Assembly (NCBI GenBank): GCA_965227775.1 | Contig: OZ245777.1 | Location: forward strand, 2,784,001-2,848,000 | DNA length: 64,000 nt | Source: Phycisphaerales bacterium | GTDB lineage: Bacteria; Planctomycetota; Phycisphaerae; Phycisphaerales; UBA1924 | Reading direction: 5' to 3' | In this document: one piece after another, positions 42,005 to 51,708 of the stretch | Numbering within the stretch: position 1 is the first letter of the stretch | Layout of the letters: each line of letters begins with the position of its first letter | The notes under the pieces: model-generated | The model's database searches: none | The model's input: the letters and a program-made list of their open reading frames with translations, nothing else | Told to the model about the DNA's origin: nothing | Position numbers and translations under genes: made by a program

Positions 42005-43417
42005 ATGGCAACGTACGACCTTTGCGTCATCGGGAGTGGGCCTGCCGGCCAGCGGGCGGCGATCCAATCGGCAAAGCTCGGCAAGCGCGTCTGCGTGATC
42101 GAGCGGCTGCGCGAGGTCGGCGGCGTGGCCGTCAACACCGGCACCATTCCCAGCAAGGCGCTTCGCGAGGCCATCCTCGGCACCAGCGGCAACAAGAACT
42201 TGCTGCCCACCGAGAGCGACTTCATGGCGGCCCGCAGCCAGTCGTTTGCCGGGTTGCTTGAGGCAGCCAACAAGGTCATCCGCCACGAGGTCACCAAGGT
42301 TGCCGGCCACTTCGCGTCCAACGGCATCGATGTCGCGTATGGCGAGGCGTCGTTCCTCGATCCGCACACTATTCGCGTTGCGGGCGCCAACGTGTCGGAA
42401 GTCAAGGCCGACAAGATCCTGATCGCCGTCGGCGCCAGCCCGGCCAGGCCCGACGACATCCCCTTCGACGGCCAGAATGTCATCACGAGTGATGAGCTCA
42501 TGCGCCTCGAGTACCTCCCCGCCACCATGATCGTCATTGGCGGCGGCGTGATCGGTACCGAATACGCCTCGATGCTGACAAACCTGGGCGTGCGCGTCAC
42601 GCTCATCGAGGGACGCAACGAGCTGCTGGGATTCGTCGACAAGGAAATCACCGAGGCGCTGCAGTTCCACCTCCGCAAGCGCGGCATGACGCTGCGCCTG
42701 GGCGAGAAAGCCGTGAAGATCTCGGTCATCGATCCGCCGGATCTGGCCCGTAGCGGCAATCAGCAGATGGCAGAGGTCTTCCTCGAGAGCGGCAAGACCA
42801 TCAGGGCCGATTGCCTGCTCTATTGCGTTGGTCGCCAGGGCGCGACCGACGCGCTCAACCTCCAGGCTGCCGGACTCTCGGCCGACAAGCGCGGCCGGAT
42901 CGAGGTCAACGAGCACTACCAGACCGAGGTCGAGCACATCTGTGCCGCCGGCGACGTCGTAGGGTTCCCGGCGCTCGCCAGCACGAGCATGGAGCAGGGC
43001 CGCCACGCCGCGTGCCACATGTTCGAGGTCCAATTACCCGAGCACTCCAAGACGCTGCCCTATGGGGTCTACTCCATTCCCGAGATCTCGATGGTGGGCA
43101 AGACCGAGCAGGAGCTGACCGAAGAGAACATCCCTTTCGAGTCGGGCGTTGCCCAATACGACGAGATCGCTCGCGGCCAGCTGCTGGGCGATGAGCTGGG
43201 CATGCTCAAGCTGCTGATCCACCAGGAGACCCAGCACATCCTGGGCGTCCACGTCATCGGCGCCGGCGCGACCGAGATCGTCCACATCGGCCAAGCCGTC
43301 ATGGCCCTGGGCGGCACACTGGATTACTTTGTGCACACGGTCTTCAACTACCCGACGCTGGCCGAGTGCTACAAGGTCGCGGCACTCAACGGCCGCAACC
43401 GGCTGCGCAGCACCTGA
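42005..43417 (+). CDS. sthA: Soluble pyridine nucleotide transhydrogenase
   Basis: [45 protein letters not shown]. Confidence 0.92.
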   Translation: MATYDLCVIGSGPAGQRAAIQSAKLGKRVCVIERLREVGGVAVNTGTIPSKALREAILGTSGNKNLLPTESDFMAARSQSFAGLLEAANKVIRHEVTKVAGHFASNGIDVAYGEASFLDPHTIRVAGANVSEVKADKILIAVGASPARPDDIPFDGQNVITSDELMRLEYLPATMIVIGGGVIGTEYASMLTNLGVRVTLIEGRNELLGFVDKEITEALQFHLRKRGMTLRLGEKAVKISVIDPPDLARSGNQQMAEVFLESGKTIRADCLLYCVGRQGATDALNLQAAGLSADKRGRIEVNEHYQTEVEHICAAGDVVGFPALASTSMEQGRHAACHMFEVQLPEHSKTLPYGVYSIPEISMVGKTEQELTEENIPFESGVAQYDEIARGQLLGDELGMLKLLIHQETQHILGVHVIGAGATEIVHIGQAVMALGGTLDYFVHTVFNYPTLAECYKVAALNGRNRLRST

Positions 43418-43448
43418 CCGATCAGCCGTGGCCTAGCCTCGTTCCGGC

Positions 43449-44537
43449 ATGGCCAAACGCACCCGCAAAGCCGCAACCCGTGAGCCAGACCCGCTGCCCG
43501 AGCGGGCGGTGGCCGCCGGCTCGCTCGACGACGTGCTGGGGCAGGACGAGGCCGTCGCCTTCCTACGCAAGACGCTCGCCGCCGGCCGCGTGCCGCACGC
43601 GTGGATGTTCCAAGGGCCGCCAGGCGTGGGCAAGCGCACGCTCGCGTTGGCATTCGCTGCCGCCCTGTTGACGCCAGAGACTGGCTCGCAGCGCGAGGAG
43701 GCACAGGACCTCCTCCAGGGCGGTGCGCACCCAGACCTGACGCTGATCTCGAAGGAACTTGCAAGCTACAGCGAAGATGCCGAGCTGCGAAAGAAGAAGC
43801 AGCGCACCATCTCGATCGACGTGCTCAAGGAGTTCTTCGATCCCGCCGTCGCGCGAACCTCGTCCCTGCCCGGCGGGCTTGCGGCCAAGGTCAGCATCAT
43901 CGATGAGGCCCACCTGCTCGCGCGCGAGGGACAGAACCACCTGCTCAAGACGCTCGAAGAGCCTCCGCCGCGCACGATCATCATCCTCGTCGCCGACCGC
44001 CCCCACGACCTGCTGCCCACGATTCATAGTCGCTGCCAGCGGTTGCGTTTGGGACCAGTCCCACCGAAGGCCATGGAAGCATGGCTGGAGCGGCGAAACG
44101 CCATCGGCGACTTTGAACGCTCCGCGGTTCTCCGGCTTGCCGACGGTTCACCGGGCATGGCCGAGCTTATGTTGAACACGGGCGTGACTGAGTGGCCAGA
44201 GCGGCTCGACGGCCTGGCCCAAGAAGCCGTAGATGGCCACGACGACGGCTCACTCGCCGATGCCTGCGCGAAGCTCGCCTCCGAGTGGTCAGAGGCCTGG
44301 GTGAAGGCCCACCCCGCCGTCAGCAAGGACGCTGCCAACCGCACCGCGCACGGCCTGGCGCTCAGCGTCATCGCCACATGGGCACGCAAGAAGCTTCGCA
44401 ACAACGAGCTTGGCCCCGAAGCACTCGAGGCCATCGCCGCCTGCTCGAGACTGCTTGCCCGAGACGTTCAACCCAAGTTTGCGTACGAAGTACTCGCCGA
44501 GCGGCTCGGCGAGTCGGCCGCTATGCCTGCACGCTGA
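43449..44537 (+). CDS. holB: DNA polymerase III delta' subunit
   Basis: [42 protein letters not shown]. Confidence 0.85.
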   Translation: MAKRTRKAATREPDPLPERAVAAGSLDDVLGQDEAVAFLRKTLAAGRVPHAWMFQGPPGVGKRTLALAFAAALLTPETGSQREEAQDLLQGGAHPDLTLISKELASYSEDAELRKKKQRTISIDVLKEFFDPAVARTSSLPGGLAAKVSIIDEAHLLAREGQNHLLKTLEEPPPRTIIILVADRPHDLLPTIHSRCQRLRLGPVPPKAMEAWLERRNAIGDFERSAVLRLADGSPGMAELMLNTGVTEWPERLDGLAQEAVDGHDDGSLADACAKLASEWSEAWVKAHPAVSKDAANRTAHGLALSVIATWARKKLRNNELGPEALEAIAACSRLLARDVQPKFAYEVLAERLGESAAMPAR

Positions 44538-44997
44538 GCGACGATGGACGAGACTCCACGCTCGACGACGAGGTCGGTGCCTGCGTTGTGGACTTCGCGC
44601 CTTCCTCGCTTGCCGTCTTATCCTGCTTCACGCGATCTATCGCCAGCTTCCAGGTTTCGCGTTCGAACTCGAGCAGCTCAATCACGCTCTGCACGCGACC
44701 CGGGTCCTTCTCCATGCTCGCTTGCGTCAGCTCGCCAAACATGAACATGAACAGGCTCGTGACGCGGTCGCACAGGTCCGGATCGACTTGGCGATCGACC
44801 CCCACTGCCAGCTCGGTGATGATCGCCCGGCATTGGCTGATACCCTCGAAGCTCTGCTCGTAGTTCTTGTCGATGAGGCCCTGCCTGCCCTGGTGGGCGA
44901 AGCGGATGGCTCCATCGAGCAGCAGCAGACGCAGCTCGGCGGGCGAGGCGCTCATCACCTGAGAACGCAGATACGACATGGCCGTTTCGGGTGGCAT
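44521..44997 (-). CDS. fliS: Flagellar export chaperone FliS
   Basis: YLRSQVMSASPAELRLLLLDGAIRF; downstream of fliD. Confidence 0.9.
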   Translation of the reverse strand: MPPETAMSYLRSQVMSASPAELRLLLLDGAIRFAHQGRQGLIDKNYEQSFEGISQCRAIITELAVGVDRQVDPDLCDRVTSLFMFMFGELTQASMEKDPGRVQSVIELLEFERETWKLAIDRVKQDKTASEEGAKSTTQAPTSSSSVESRPSSLSVQA

Positions 44998-45044
44998 GAC
45001 TCTCCAATCGACTCGGAACCGCCGCCGGTTCAGTCGAAATAGCG

Positions 45045-47885
45045 TTATCCGGTCAAGGAAGACAGAGCCGCCTGCTGGGCCTGGAAGTTGCTGATGATCG
45101 TCTCCAGCGAAGCAAACTCTCGCTCCAGCTGTGTTTGCTTGTTGGCCAGCCTCAGGTCGAAGAACTCGATGCGATCTTCCTGCAGCCGAACCTGGTTGTC
45201 CAGGGCCCGCCCGCGTGCCGTCAGCACGCCGTCAACCGAGTCGATGTAGGTGCGGCTGAGCTCCTCGATCCGGGCGAACACGCCCAGGGATGAAAACGTC
45301 TCGCGAGCGGTGGGATCGGTGACGGTGACGCCCTCGCTCAGGGTCCGTGTGCCGGCCGACTGATCGATGTCTCTTTTGATTAGCAGATCTTCGACGGCCT
45401 GCGGATCGGTCTCGATCGCTTCCTGGAGAAGCTCCTTGTCGAGTTCCAGGCGGCCGCCCTCACCCACGGTGATGCCCACCTGGCTCAGATTGGTGTAGCG
45501 GCCCGAAACATTGAGCGGGCTGCCCAAGATCGTGCTCATCATCGCATTCTTGAGGTTCAAGAGCGTGCTGTCGCCGAGCAACGGGCCGCGGGCCTCAGTC
45601 TCCTCGTCGAAGCGGCTCTGGAAGTCGATGCGGTCGAGCGTCTCGTTGAAAGCGCTCACGAAACCTTCGATCGTGCCTTCCAGTTCGGTTCGATCCGACG
45701 ACACGTTGATCGTGACGGCTTCCTCGCTGGCCGACTGCAGGTTCAGGGTGATGCCCTCGAAGACATCCGTCACCGTGTTGGACGAGCTAGTGAACAGCAC
45801 GGCCTTGGCCGGGTCGGTCGATCCGAAGAACGCCTTGGCGTCCTGACCCTCTTGCAACTGGGTCAGGCCGAGATCGAATCCGCCCGTGTCGATGAGCGTG
45901 CGCCCCGCAACCCCGGCGTCCCGACCAGTGAAGCTCAGCCGGAACGGGTTGGCGCCAACACCCTCGTTCACGATCGATGCCGTAACACCAACACCGGCTT
46001 CGTTGATCTTGCGCATCACATCGCGCAGCGAATCGTCGGCCTCAAATTCAACTCGAGTCTCGTAGCTGCCCACGATGCGATTGTCGCCCACGTCCTCAGC
46101 CTCGCCATCAATGCGAAGGGACGAAGCGACCAGCCCCGATACGTCCTCGATCAGCAGCTTCGTCGCTCCGCCGGCCGCGTCCTCGACGACGAATCCATCG
46201 CCGTTGTCGTTGATGCGAATCGAGACGTCGTCGCCCTCGATCGCGGAGTTCACCGCCCCAATCAGGTCCGACACCGTTCGCACATCGCTATCGATCTCGA
46301 TCTCGGTCGCCTTGCCTGTCGAGTCGATGACGCGGAACGTGCCCGTACCGATGCCGTCGCCGTTGTTGAGGTCCTCAACCAGCGTGTTCAGGCCGATGTA
46401 CTGTCGCTGGATGCGTTCGCCGGTGAACACGTCGTCGGCCACACCCGTGGTGCCCGTGCTGATGCCCAGCGCCACCGCGGTGTCGTTCACGCCGCCCGAT
46501 CCAACGATCGACAGGTTGCCCGTGCCACCCGAGACGTCGGTGAAGGTCAGGCCGGTGCCCATTTCATCGAGTCCGACAGTGATCTTGCTCGAGTCTATCT
46601 GATCGCTCAATTGCGACAGAAGGCCGTTGACATCGGTGTCGAAGTCGGTGATCGTGACGTTGAAAACGGTGCCGTCGCGGGAGCGGACCTGCAGCACGCC
46701 GTCGCCCAGGTCCGCAGCATCTCCACGCAGGCCCGACAGCAGCGTGCTGTTCATGCCCGCAAGAACCTGCGCCCCCTGCACCGAGCCAATGGTCGTGCCC
46801 TCAGAGAAGCCAAGGTCTGCCATCGCGCTGCCGAGCAGGCCGGTGCCATCGGCGACCTCGATCGTGTTGGTGCCAACTGAATCAAACAGCTCGAGCCCGT
46901 CGCCGTCGGCGTTGATCCGAGCTTCCACACCTGAACCGTCGAGTTGGTCGTTGATTCTGGTGAGCACATCACCCACCGTCACGGCCTTGCCCTCGATCAA
47001 CTCGCCCTCAGTGTCGTAGATCTCGCCGAGGCGGATCGAGGCAACGGTCGTACCGACCGTGATGGTGAAGTCTGCCGTCTGACCAATGATCTCGTTGGCG
47101 AACACGCCACGGCCATCGTTGAGCACGGACAGCGCTGTCGACTCGGAAAGCGCGAACACGCCCGCACCCACGAACTCGTCGCCCGATACCGTGCCGCCTG
47201 TCGTCAGGCCCAGTGATTCGGCGACTTCGGCCGATCCCGAGTTGGTCACAGTGATGTCGCTGCCATCGCCCGAGCCGGCCGTCAGCACGAAGCTGCCGCC
47301 GCGCACCGAAGCAGTCACGTCCAGATCCGCCGCGTTGATCGCGTCGATGACCTCGTTCACCGTGGCGACCTTCGAGAGATCGATCTCGGCCGAAGTCGTC
47401 CCATCATCGATGCGGATCTTGCCGCGGGTGATGCCGTTGCCGCCGTTCAGGTCTGCCAGAGCCGTTTCGGTGTCAAGCCGAGCCTCAGCGCCCTCGAATG
47501 TGAATGCGTCGGCCCCCACCGGCACGTCGTCTGCCGAAGAGAATCCGCGCGTGAGCCACGACTCGGTGCTCACGAGGCGATCAACCAGGAAGGTGTACGA
47601 GCCCACCGCGGCTCCGGCGGATGCCGTGGCGGTCAAGATCGATTCGTCGCTGCTGGTGGCCTTCTTGGCGTCGAACACAGGCTGCGTGCGCAAGCCGCTC
47701 ACGAGGCTGCGCAGGTTCTGCAGGCGCGAGTTGATATCGAGGTAGGCAGATTGCTGCACCTTAATGGTGCTCAGCCGCTGCTGGGCCAGAATCCTGGGGC
47801 GGGCCTCAAGAGAAAGAAGCTGCTGAATGATGGAGGCCGTATCCAGACCGCTGGCCAGCCCAATGCCCGACGTGATGCCACCCAT
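45045..47885 (-). CDS. fliD: Flagellar filament cap protein FliD (long form)
   Basis: GIGLASGLDTASIIQQLL, QDAKAFFG..SSSNTVTDVFEGITLNL, FVSAFNE, C-terminal coiled coil. Confidence 0.92.
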   Translation of the reverse strand: MGGITSGIGLASGLDTASIIQQLLSLEARPRILAQQRLSTIKVQQSAYLDINSRLQNLRSLVSGLRTQPVFDAKKATSSDESILTATASAGAAVGSYTFLVDRLVSTESWLTRGFSSADDVPVGADAFTFEGAEARLDTETALADLNGGNGITRGKIRIDDGTTSAEIDLSKVATVNEVIDAINAADLDVTASVRGGSFVLTAGSGDGSDITVTNSGSAEVAESLGLTTGGTVSGDEFVGAGVFALSESTALSVLNDGRGVFANEIIGQTADFTITVGTTVASIRLGEIYDTEGELIEGKAVTVGDVLTRINDQLDGSGVEARINADGDGLELFDSVGTNTIEVADGTGLLGSAMADLGFSEGTTIGSVQGAQVLAGMNSTLLSGLRGDAADLGDGVLQVRSRDGTVFNVTITDFDTDVNGLLSQLSDQIDSSKITVGLDEMGTGLTFTDVSGGTGNLSIVGSGGVNDTAVALGISTGTTGVADDVFTGERIQRQYIGLNTLVEDLNNGDGIGTGTFRVIDSTGKATEIEIDSDVRTVSDLIGAVNSAIEGDDVSIRINDNGDGFVVEDAAGGATKLLIEDVSGLVASSLRIDGEAEDVGDNRIVGSYETRVEFEADDSLRDVMRKINEAGVGVTASIVNEGVGANPFRLSFTGRDAGVAGRTLIDTGGFDLGLTQLQEGQDAKAFFGSTDPAKAVLFTSSSNTVTDVFEGITLNLQSASEEAVTINVSSDRTELEGTIEGFVSAFNETLDRIDFQSRFDEETEARGPLLGDSTLLNLKNAMMSTILGSPLNVSGRYTNLSQVGITVGEGGRLELDKELLQEAIETDPQAVEDLLIKRDIDQSAGTRTLSEGVTVTDPTARETFSSLGVFARIEELSRTYIDSVDGVLTARGRALDNQVRLQEDRIEFFDLRLANKQTQLEREFASLETIISNFQAQQAALSSLTG

Positions 47886-48031
47886 CGCAGACCTCCTTGC
47901 CCGCCGAGGGACCTTCCCCCCGCTGCCACCAACGGACCTATCGGCCCGAATAGAGGCTCGAATCGAATCCGATTCCCCCCACGGACCAATGCCAACGGGA
48001 TTGGCCGGCCGATCAAGCCGATAATGAAACT

Positions 48032-48658
48032 GTGACACGCAATCCCAAGGCCAATCTGGTGCAGGTCGGGGTTGGAGCCCTGCTTGCGTTATCGGCCCTC
48101 CTCGGGCTGATCCTCGCCTCCTTCTCGGTCGACAGCCTTGTGTGGCCCATGCTGCTCTTCGAGCCGGTCATCCTGGGTTGTGGCATCGCTCTGGTACTGG
48201 CGGGCTTGGGCTACCAGCGAGCCGGCCTGCCGATGGCATTGGCCACAATCGCCGGCTGCACTGCGGTGGCCGGCTTCCTCAGCACCGTGGCCGGCCGCAA
48301 CACACTCGGCTCGACGCTGCTCGTACCAATGCTCGGCGGCCGGCTGCTCATCGCGGCAGCCCTGGGCCTCTGGGCAGTGGTGCTCGTGCTGGGGCCGCGC
48401 GCAGCGGCTTGGAAACGGTTCGCCCTTGGAGGTTTGCTGCTGGGAGCCGGGGCAGCGTTGGCGTCGCTCGCGTTTATCGGGCCTGCCAAGCCACTTCGGG
48501 AATCCCTGGTCGCTGCCGGGGGTTTTGTTTCCAGTGCGGCGGCCCTGGTGCTGTTCGTCGTGTTCGTGGTGCTGGTCGCCGCGGGCGTACACCTGATCGT
48601 CCGGCCGTTTGAGATGGCCCTGGACGCCAAGAAGGCCGAGAAGGCCCCCGCTTCGTAG
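48032..48658 (+). CDS. Multi-pass membrane protein
   Basis: About six hydrophobic helices; GTG start. Confidence 0.7.
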   Translation: MTRNPKANLVQVGVGALLALSALLGLILASFSVDSLVWPMLLFEPVILGCGIALVLAGLGYQRAGLPMALATIAGCTAVAGFLSTVAGRNTLGSTLLVPMLGGRLLIAAALGLWAVVLVLGPRAAAWKRFALGGLLLGAGAALASLAFIGPAKPLRESLVAAGGFVSSAAALVLFVVFVVLVAAGVHLIVRPFEMALDAKKAEKAPAS

Positions 48659-48713
48659 TGCGGATCGGGGGCGCTCGACGCAACCGTTCGATCGCCGATC
48701 CCAAGGAACCATC

Positions 48714-49415
48714 ATGGGAATCCTCGAAATCCTCGGCCTCGTCGTTGTGACCTTTGTCGCGGGCGGTCTGCTTGCGGCCGCGATCTTGATCATCTGGCGC
48801 CATCGCGCGAGCCGCCGTCGCAGCGAAGCCGAGCCGCCGAAGGTCGACCAGACCATCGTGCTCGCCGAGCGTGTGCGCTCCGTTGGGCGCCTTGTGGGGC
48901 TGGAGGTCATGGTGAAAGAGATCGCCACCGCCTCGCGCGGCTTCCAATGGATGCCCCCGCTGCTTCTCAGCCAGGCCAAGGTCGCGATGATCTTCCACTT
49001 TGAGAAGCAGTACTCGATCGATCTGACCCGGATCGAGCACACCGACATCGAGCAGATCGGCGCCAATCGCTACCGCGTCACGCTACCCGAGATCGACGGC
49101 GTGCTCCGCCTGTCGGACGTTACGCCGTACGACATCCAGCATGGTCGTGTGCTCGGCCTGTTCGACGTGATCCCGATGACTGCAGAGCGGCAGACCGAGC
49201 TCATGACCGCAGCGCAGCGCGATGCCGCCAAGCTGTACGAGAGCAAGGAGCCCAAGTATCTTGCCGAGGCGAAGCGCAGCGTCGCGCGTCACCTGTCCTC
49301 GTTGCTCGAACTCTTCGACGTCAAGGTCGAGGTCGTCTGGGCCGACGACGCCGAAGAGGCTGCTGAACCGCTGCTTGAGCCCGCAGCTGTGAGCGCAGCC
49401 GGCGCGAACGCGTAG
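48714..49415 (+). CDS. Membrane-anchored protein (DUF4230-like)
   Basis: N-terminal TM helix; VGRL..LEV, YSIDLTRI, RVTLPE. Confidence 0.7.
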   Translation: MGILEILGLVVVTFVAGGLLAAAILIIWRHRASRRRSEAEPPKVDQTIVLAERVRSVGRLVGLEVMVKEIATASRGFQWMPPLLLSQAKVAMIFHFEKQYSIDLTRIEHTDIEQIGANRYRVTLPEIDGVLRLSDVTPYDIQHGRVLGLFDVIPMTAERQTELMTAAQRDAAKLYESKEPKYLAEAKRSVARHLSSLLELFDVKVEVVWADDAEEAAEPLLEPAAVSAAGANA

Positions 49416-50065
49416 CCGCACTCGGGGCACAGGCCTCGCTCGCGATCAACAGGGTACCCGCAGTGTGGGCACCGCCCGCGCCGCCATCGCCACAGGCGAC
49501 GCAGCCACACGGCCGAATACCACAGGCCGAGCCCCGTCAGCCCATAGATCAGAGTATTTGTGAGAAGTCCGGGTAGAAGCGGCAGAAGCGGAAACGCGTG
49601 CCGAGCGCTCCGCACCGTTGTGTAGTGCACGCCGGTATGGACGTCCTTTGGCCTCCGGCTGGTGTTGACGTCGGTCCGCCCCCACGTACACAAGAAGGGC
49701 CAACCTGCGGCGATGCCGCGCGTGTGCTGGCGGTTCTCGATCGCGCTGCGTTTGAGCCAGCTCGGCCTGGGGTCGCCAGTTCGCGTCGGCATCTGCCAGC
49801 TGGCAGTCTCGTTGAGCACGTCGGCAACGTGGGTCGGCATCGGGCTCGAGACCGTCATGAGGAAGTAGCCCGGTCGTTGGAGCGTGGTCACGCGGATGGT
49901 CTGATCACCCGGCAGATCGTGACGCGACGACACCCTCGGAGCGTTCTGCCCCCGATCCGGCAACAGCACGCACACAATCGATGAGACATACGCGCACGCA
50001 ACGCCCAGCACAACACAAACGAGCACCGGCAGCAGGATCGCCGGGCGATGCTCGCGCCCGCGCAT
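49289..50065 (-). CDS. Two-TM protein with C-terminal Zn ribbon
   Basis: GWPF, PLLPLLPG, RRGRCPHCGY..CPECG. Confidence 0.75.
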   Translation of the reverse strand: MRGREHRPAILLPVLVCVVLGVACAYVSSIVCVLLPDRGQNAPRVSSRHDLPGDQTIRVTTLQRPGYFLMTVSSPMPTHVADVLNETASWQMPTRTGDPRPSWLKRSAIENRQHTRGIAAGWPFLCTWGRTDVNTSRRPKDVHTGVHYTTVRSARHAFPLLPLLPGLLTNTLIYGLTGLGLWYSAVWLRRLWRWRRGRCPHCGYPVDRERGLCPECGYAFAPAALTAAGSSSGSAASSASSAQTTSTLTSKSSSNEDR

Positions 50066-50068
50066 CAC

Positions 50069-51637
50069 CTAGCTCCCGAGCCCGTTCGTACCGGGCGCAG
50101 GCGCCATGTCGAACATCCGCTCCTGTTGCGGCTCCACGAACTGATCTGTCGTGGGATGCGTGACGTCGATGCGGTAGTCGCCGCTCCAGCATGCCGTGCA
50201 GTATCGCTCGGGCTCGTGCTTGGCGCAGCTCAGCAGGCCATCGAGCGAAAGGAAGTGCAGACTGTCAACGCCCAGGTATTCACGGATGTCCTCGACGCTG
50301 CGACCATTGGCGATGAGCTGGTCTCGGGTCGCAAAATCGACGCCGAAGTAGCACGGATGGCGGATTGGCGGGCAGCTGATGCGCAGGTGCACTTCAGCGG
50401 CTCCGGCCTCGTAGATCTGCCGCATCTTGAGCCGCGTGGTTGTACCGCGAACAACGGAATCATCGACCACGACGACCCGCTTGCCGCGCACGAGCTCGGC
50501 GATGACGTTGAGCTTCAGCCGCACCGCGATCTCGCGCTCGTGTTGCGTGGGCTTGATGAACGTGCGACCCACATACCGATTCGGCACGATGGCCTCGCGG
50601 TACGGGATGCCGCTGGCCCGGGCATAGCCATTCGCCGCGCTGCGGCCCGAGTCGGGCATCGGCATCACGTAGTCGGCGGGCGCGTCGCGTAGGACGGTGT
50701 CTTCCTTCCAGAGCGCCGCGCCCAGGTTCTCGCGAAACACCTGCACGTTCTGCCCGAACACGTCGCTCGCTGGGCTCGCAAAGTAGACGTGCTCGAACAC
50801 GCACAGTGCGGTCGGCGATGCCTCGGGCGCGAACCTGCGGCTGTGCACGCCGGCGTCGTCGAGCGTGACAATCTCGCCCGGCTCGACCTCACGCACGAGC
50901 TTCGCGCCGATGACGTCGAGAGCCACCGTCTCGCTTGCAACGACGGGCGACCCGTCTTCCATCTTGCCCAGTACGAGTGGCCGCCAGCCCCAGGGGTCGC
51001 GGGCCGCCTCGATCCTGTCCTCGAAGAGGATGACGAGCGAGTACGCCCCCTGCAACCGCCGGAGCGTCGCCGCGAGCGGGTCTGGCGTGCGCTGCTGTTG
51101 AGGGGCGGCCAGCAGATGGATGATCACCTCAGTATCGCTGGACGTGTGGAAGATGTGGCCGTTCTCGCCAAACGCGTGGCGCAGGGCGCTCCCGTTGACA
51201 AGGTTTCCGTTGTGAGCGACAGCGACTCGGCCCTGTGCGGTTGTTTGCACCAGTGGCTGGGCGTTCGTCGCAAGGCTGGCGCCCGTCGTGCTATATCGGT
51301 TGTGCCCGATCGCGGCGCGCGGGTTGGCGTCGGCCAGCGTTGCGAGCACCCGATTGGGGAAGACCTCGGGCACCAGGCCCATGCCCGTGTGGCCGGTGAT
51401 GCCACCCTCGCCGCTCACGGCGATACCCGCCGACTCCTGCCCGCGGTGCTGCAGGGCGTAGAGCGCGGTGTAAGCAGTATGGGCGGGCCGGGCGTTGCCG
51501 TGCGCCCCGGCCCAGATGCCGAACACAGCGCACTTCTCTTTCTTCTCCCAGTCATCCGGCTCTGAGAAGGGGCTGGTCGGCGCGTTGTTCAGGACCGGTA
51601 GCGGAAGGGAGCGAGCATCGGCGGCGTTCTGGGGCAT
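50069..51637 (-). CDS. purF: Amidophosphoribosyltransferase
   Basis: EKCAVFG, LQHRGQESAG, GHNRYSTTG, VVVDDSVVRGTT. Confidence 0.96.
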   Translation of the reverse strand: MPQNAADARSLPLPVLNNAPTSPFSEPDDWEKKEKCAVFGIWAGAHGNARPAHTAYTALYALQHRGQESAGIAVSGEGGITGHTGMGLVPEVFPNRVLATLADANPRAAIGHNRYSTTGASLATNAQPLVQTTAQGRVAVAHNGNLVNGSALRHAFGENGHIFHTSSDTEVIIHLLAAPQQQRTPDPLAATLRRLQGAYSLVILFEDRIEAARDPWGWRPLVLGKMEDGSPVVASETVALDVIGAKLVREVEPGEIVTLDDAGVHSRRFAPEASPTALCVFEHVYFASPASDVFGQNVQVFRENLGAALWKEDTVLRDAPADYVMPMPDSGRSAANGYARASGIPYREAIVPNRYVGRTFIKPTQHEREIAVRLKLNVIAELVRGKRVVVVDDSVVRGTTTRLKMRQIYEAGAAEVHLRISCPPIRHPCYFGVDFATRDQLIANGRSVEDIREYLGVDSLHFLSLDGLLSCAKHEPERYCTACWSGDYRIDVTHPTTDQFVEPQQERMFDMAPAPGTNGLGS

Positions 51638-51708
51638 GCGCGGTCCCGGGGGAGGTCAACGTGCGGCGGGCGAACGAACCGGAAGAGTCTAGCAGCGATG
51701 CGGCGGCG

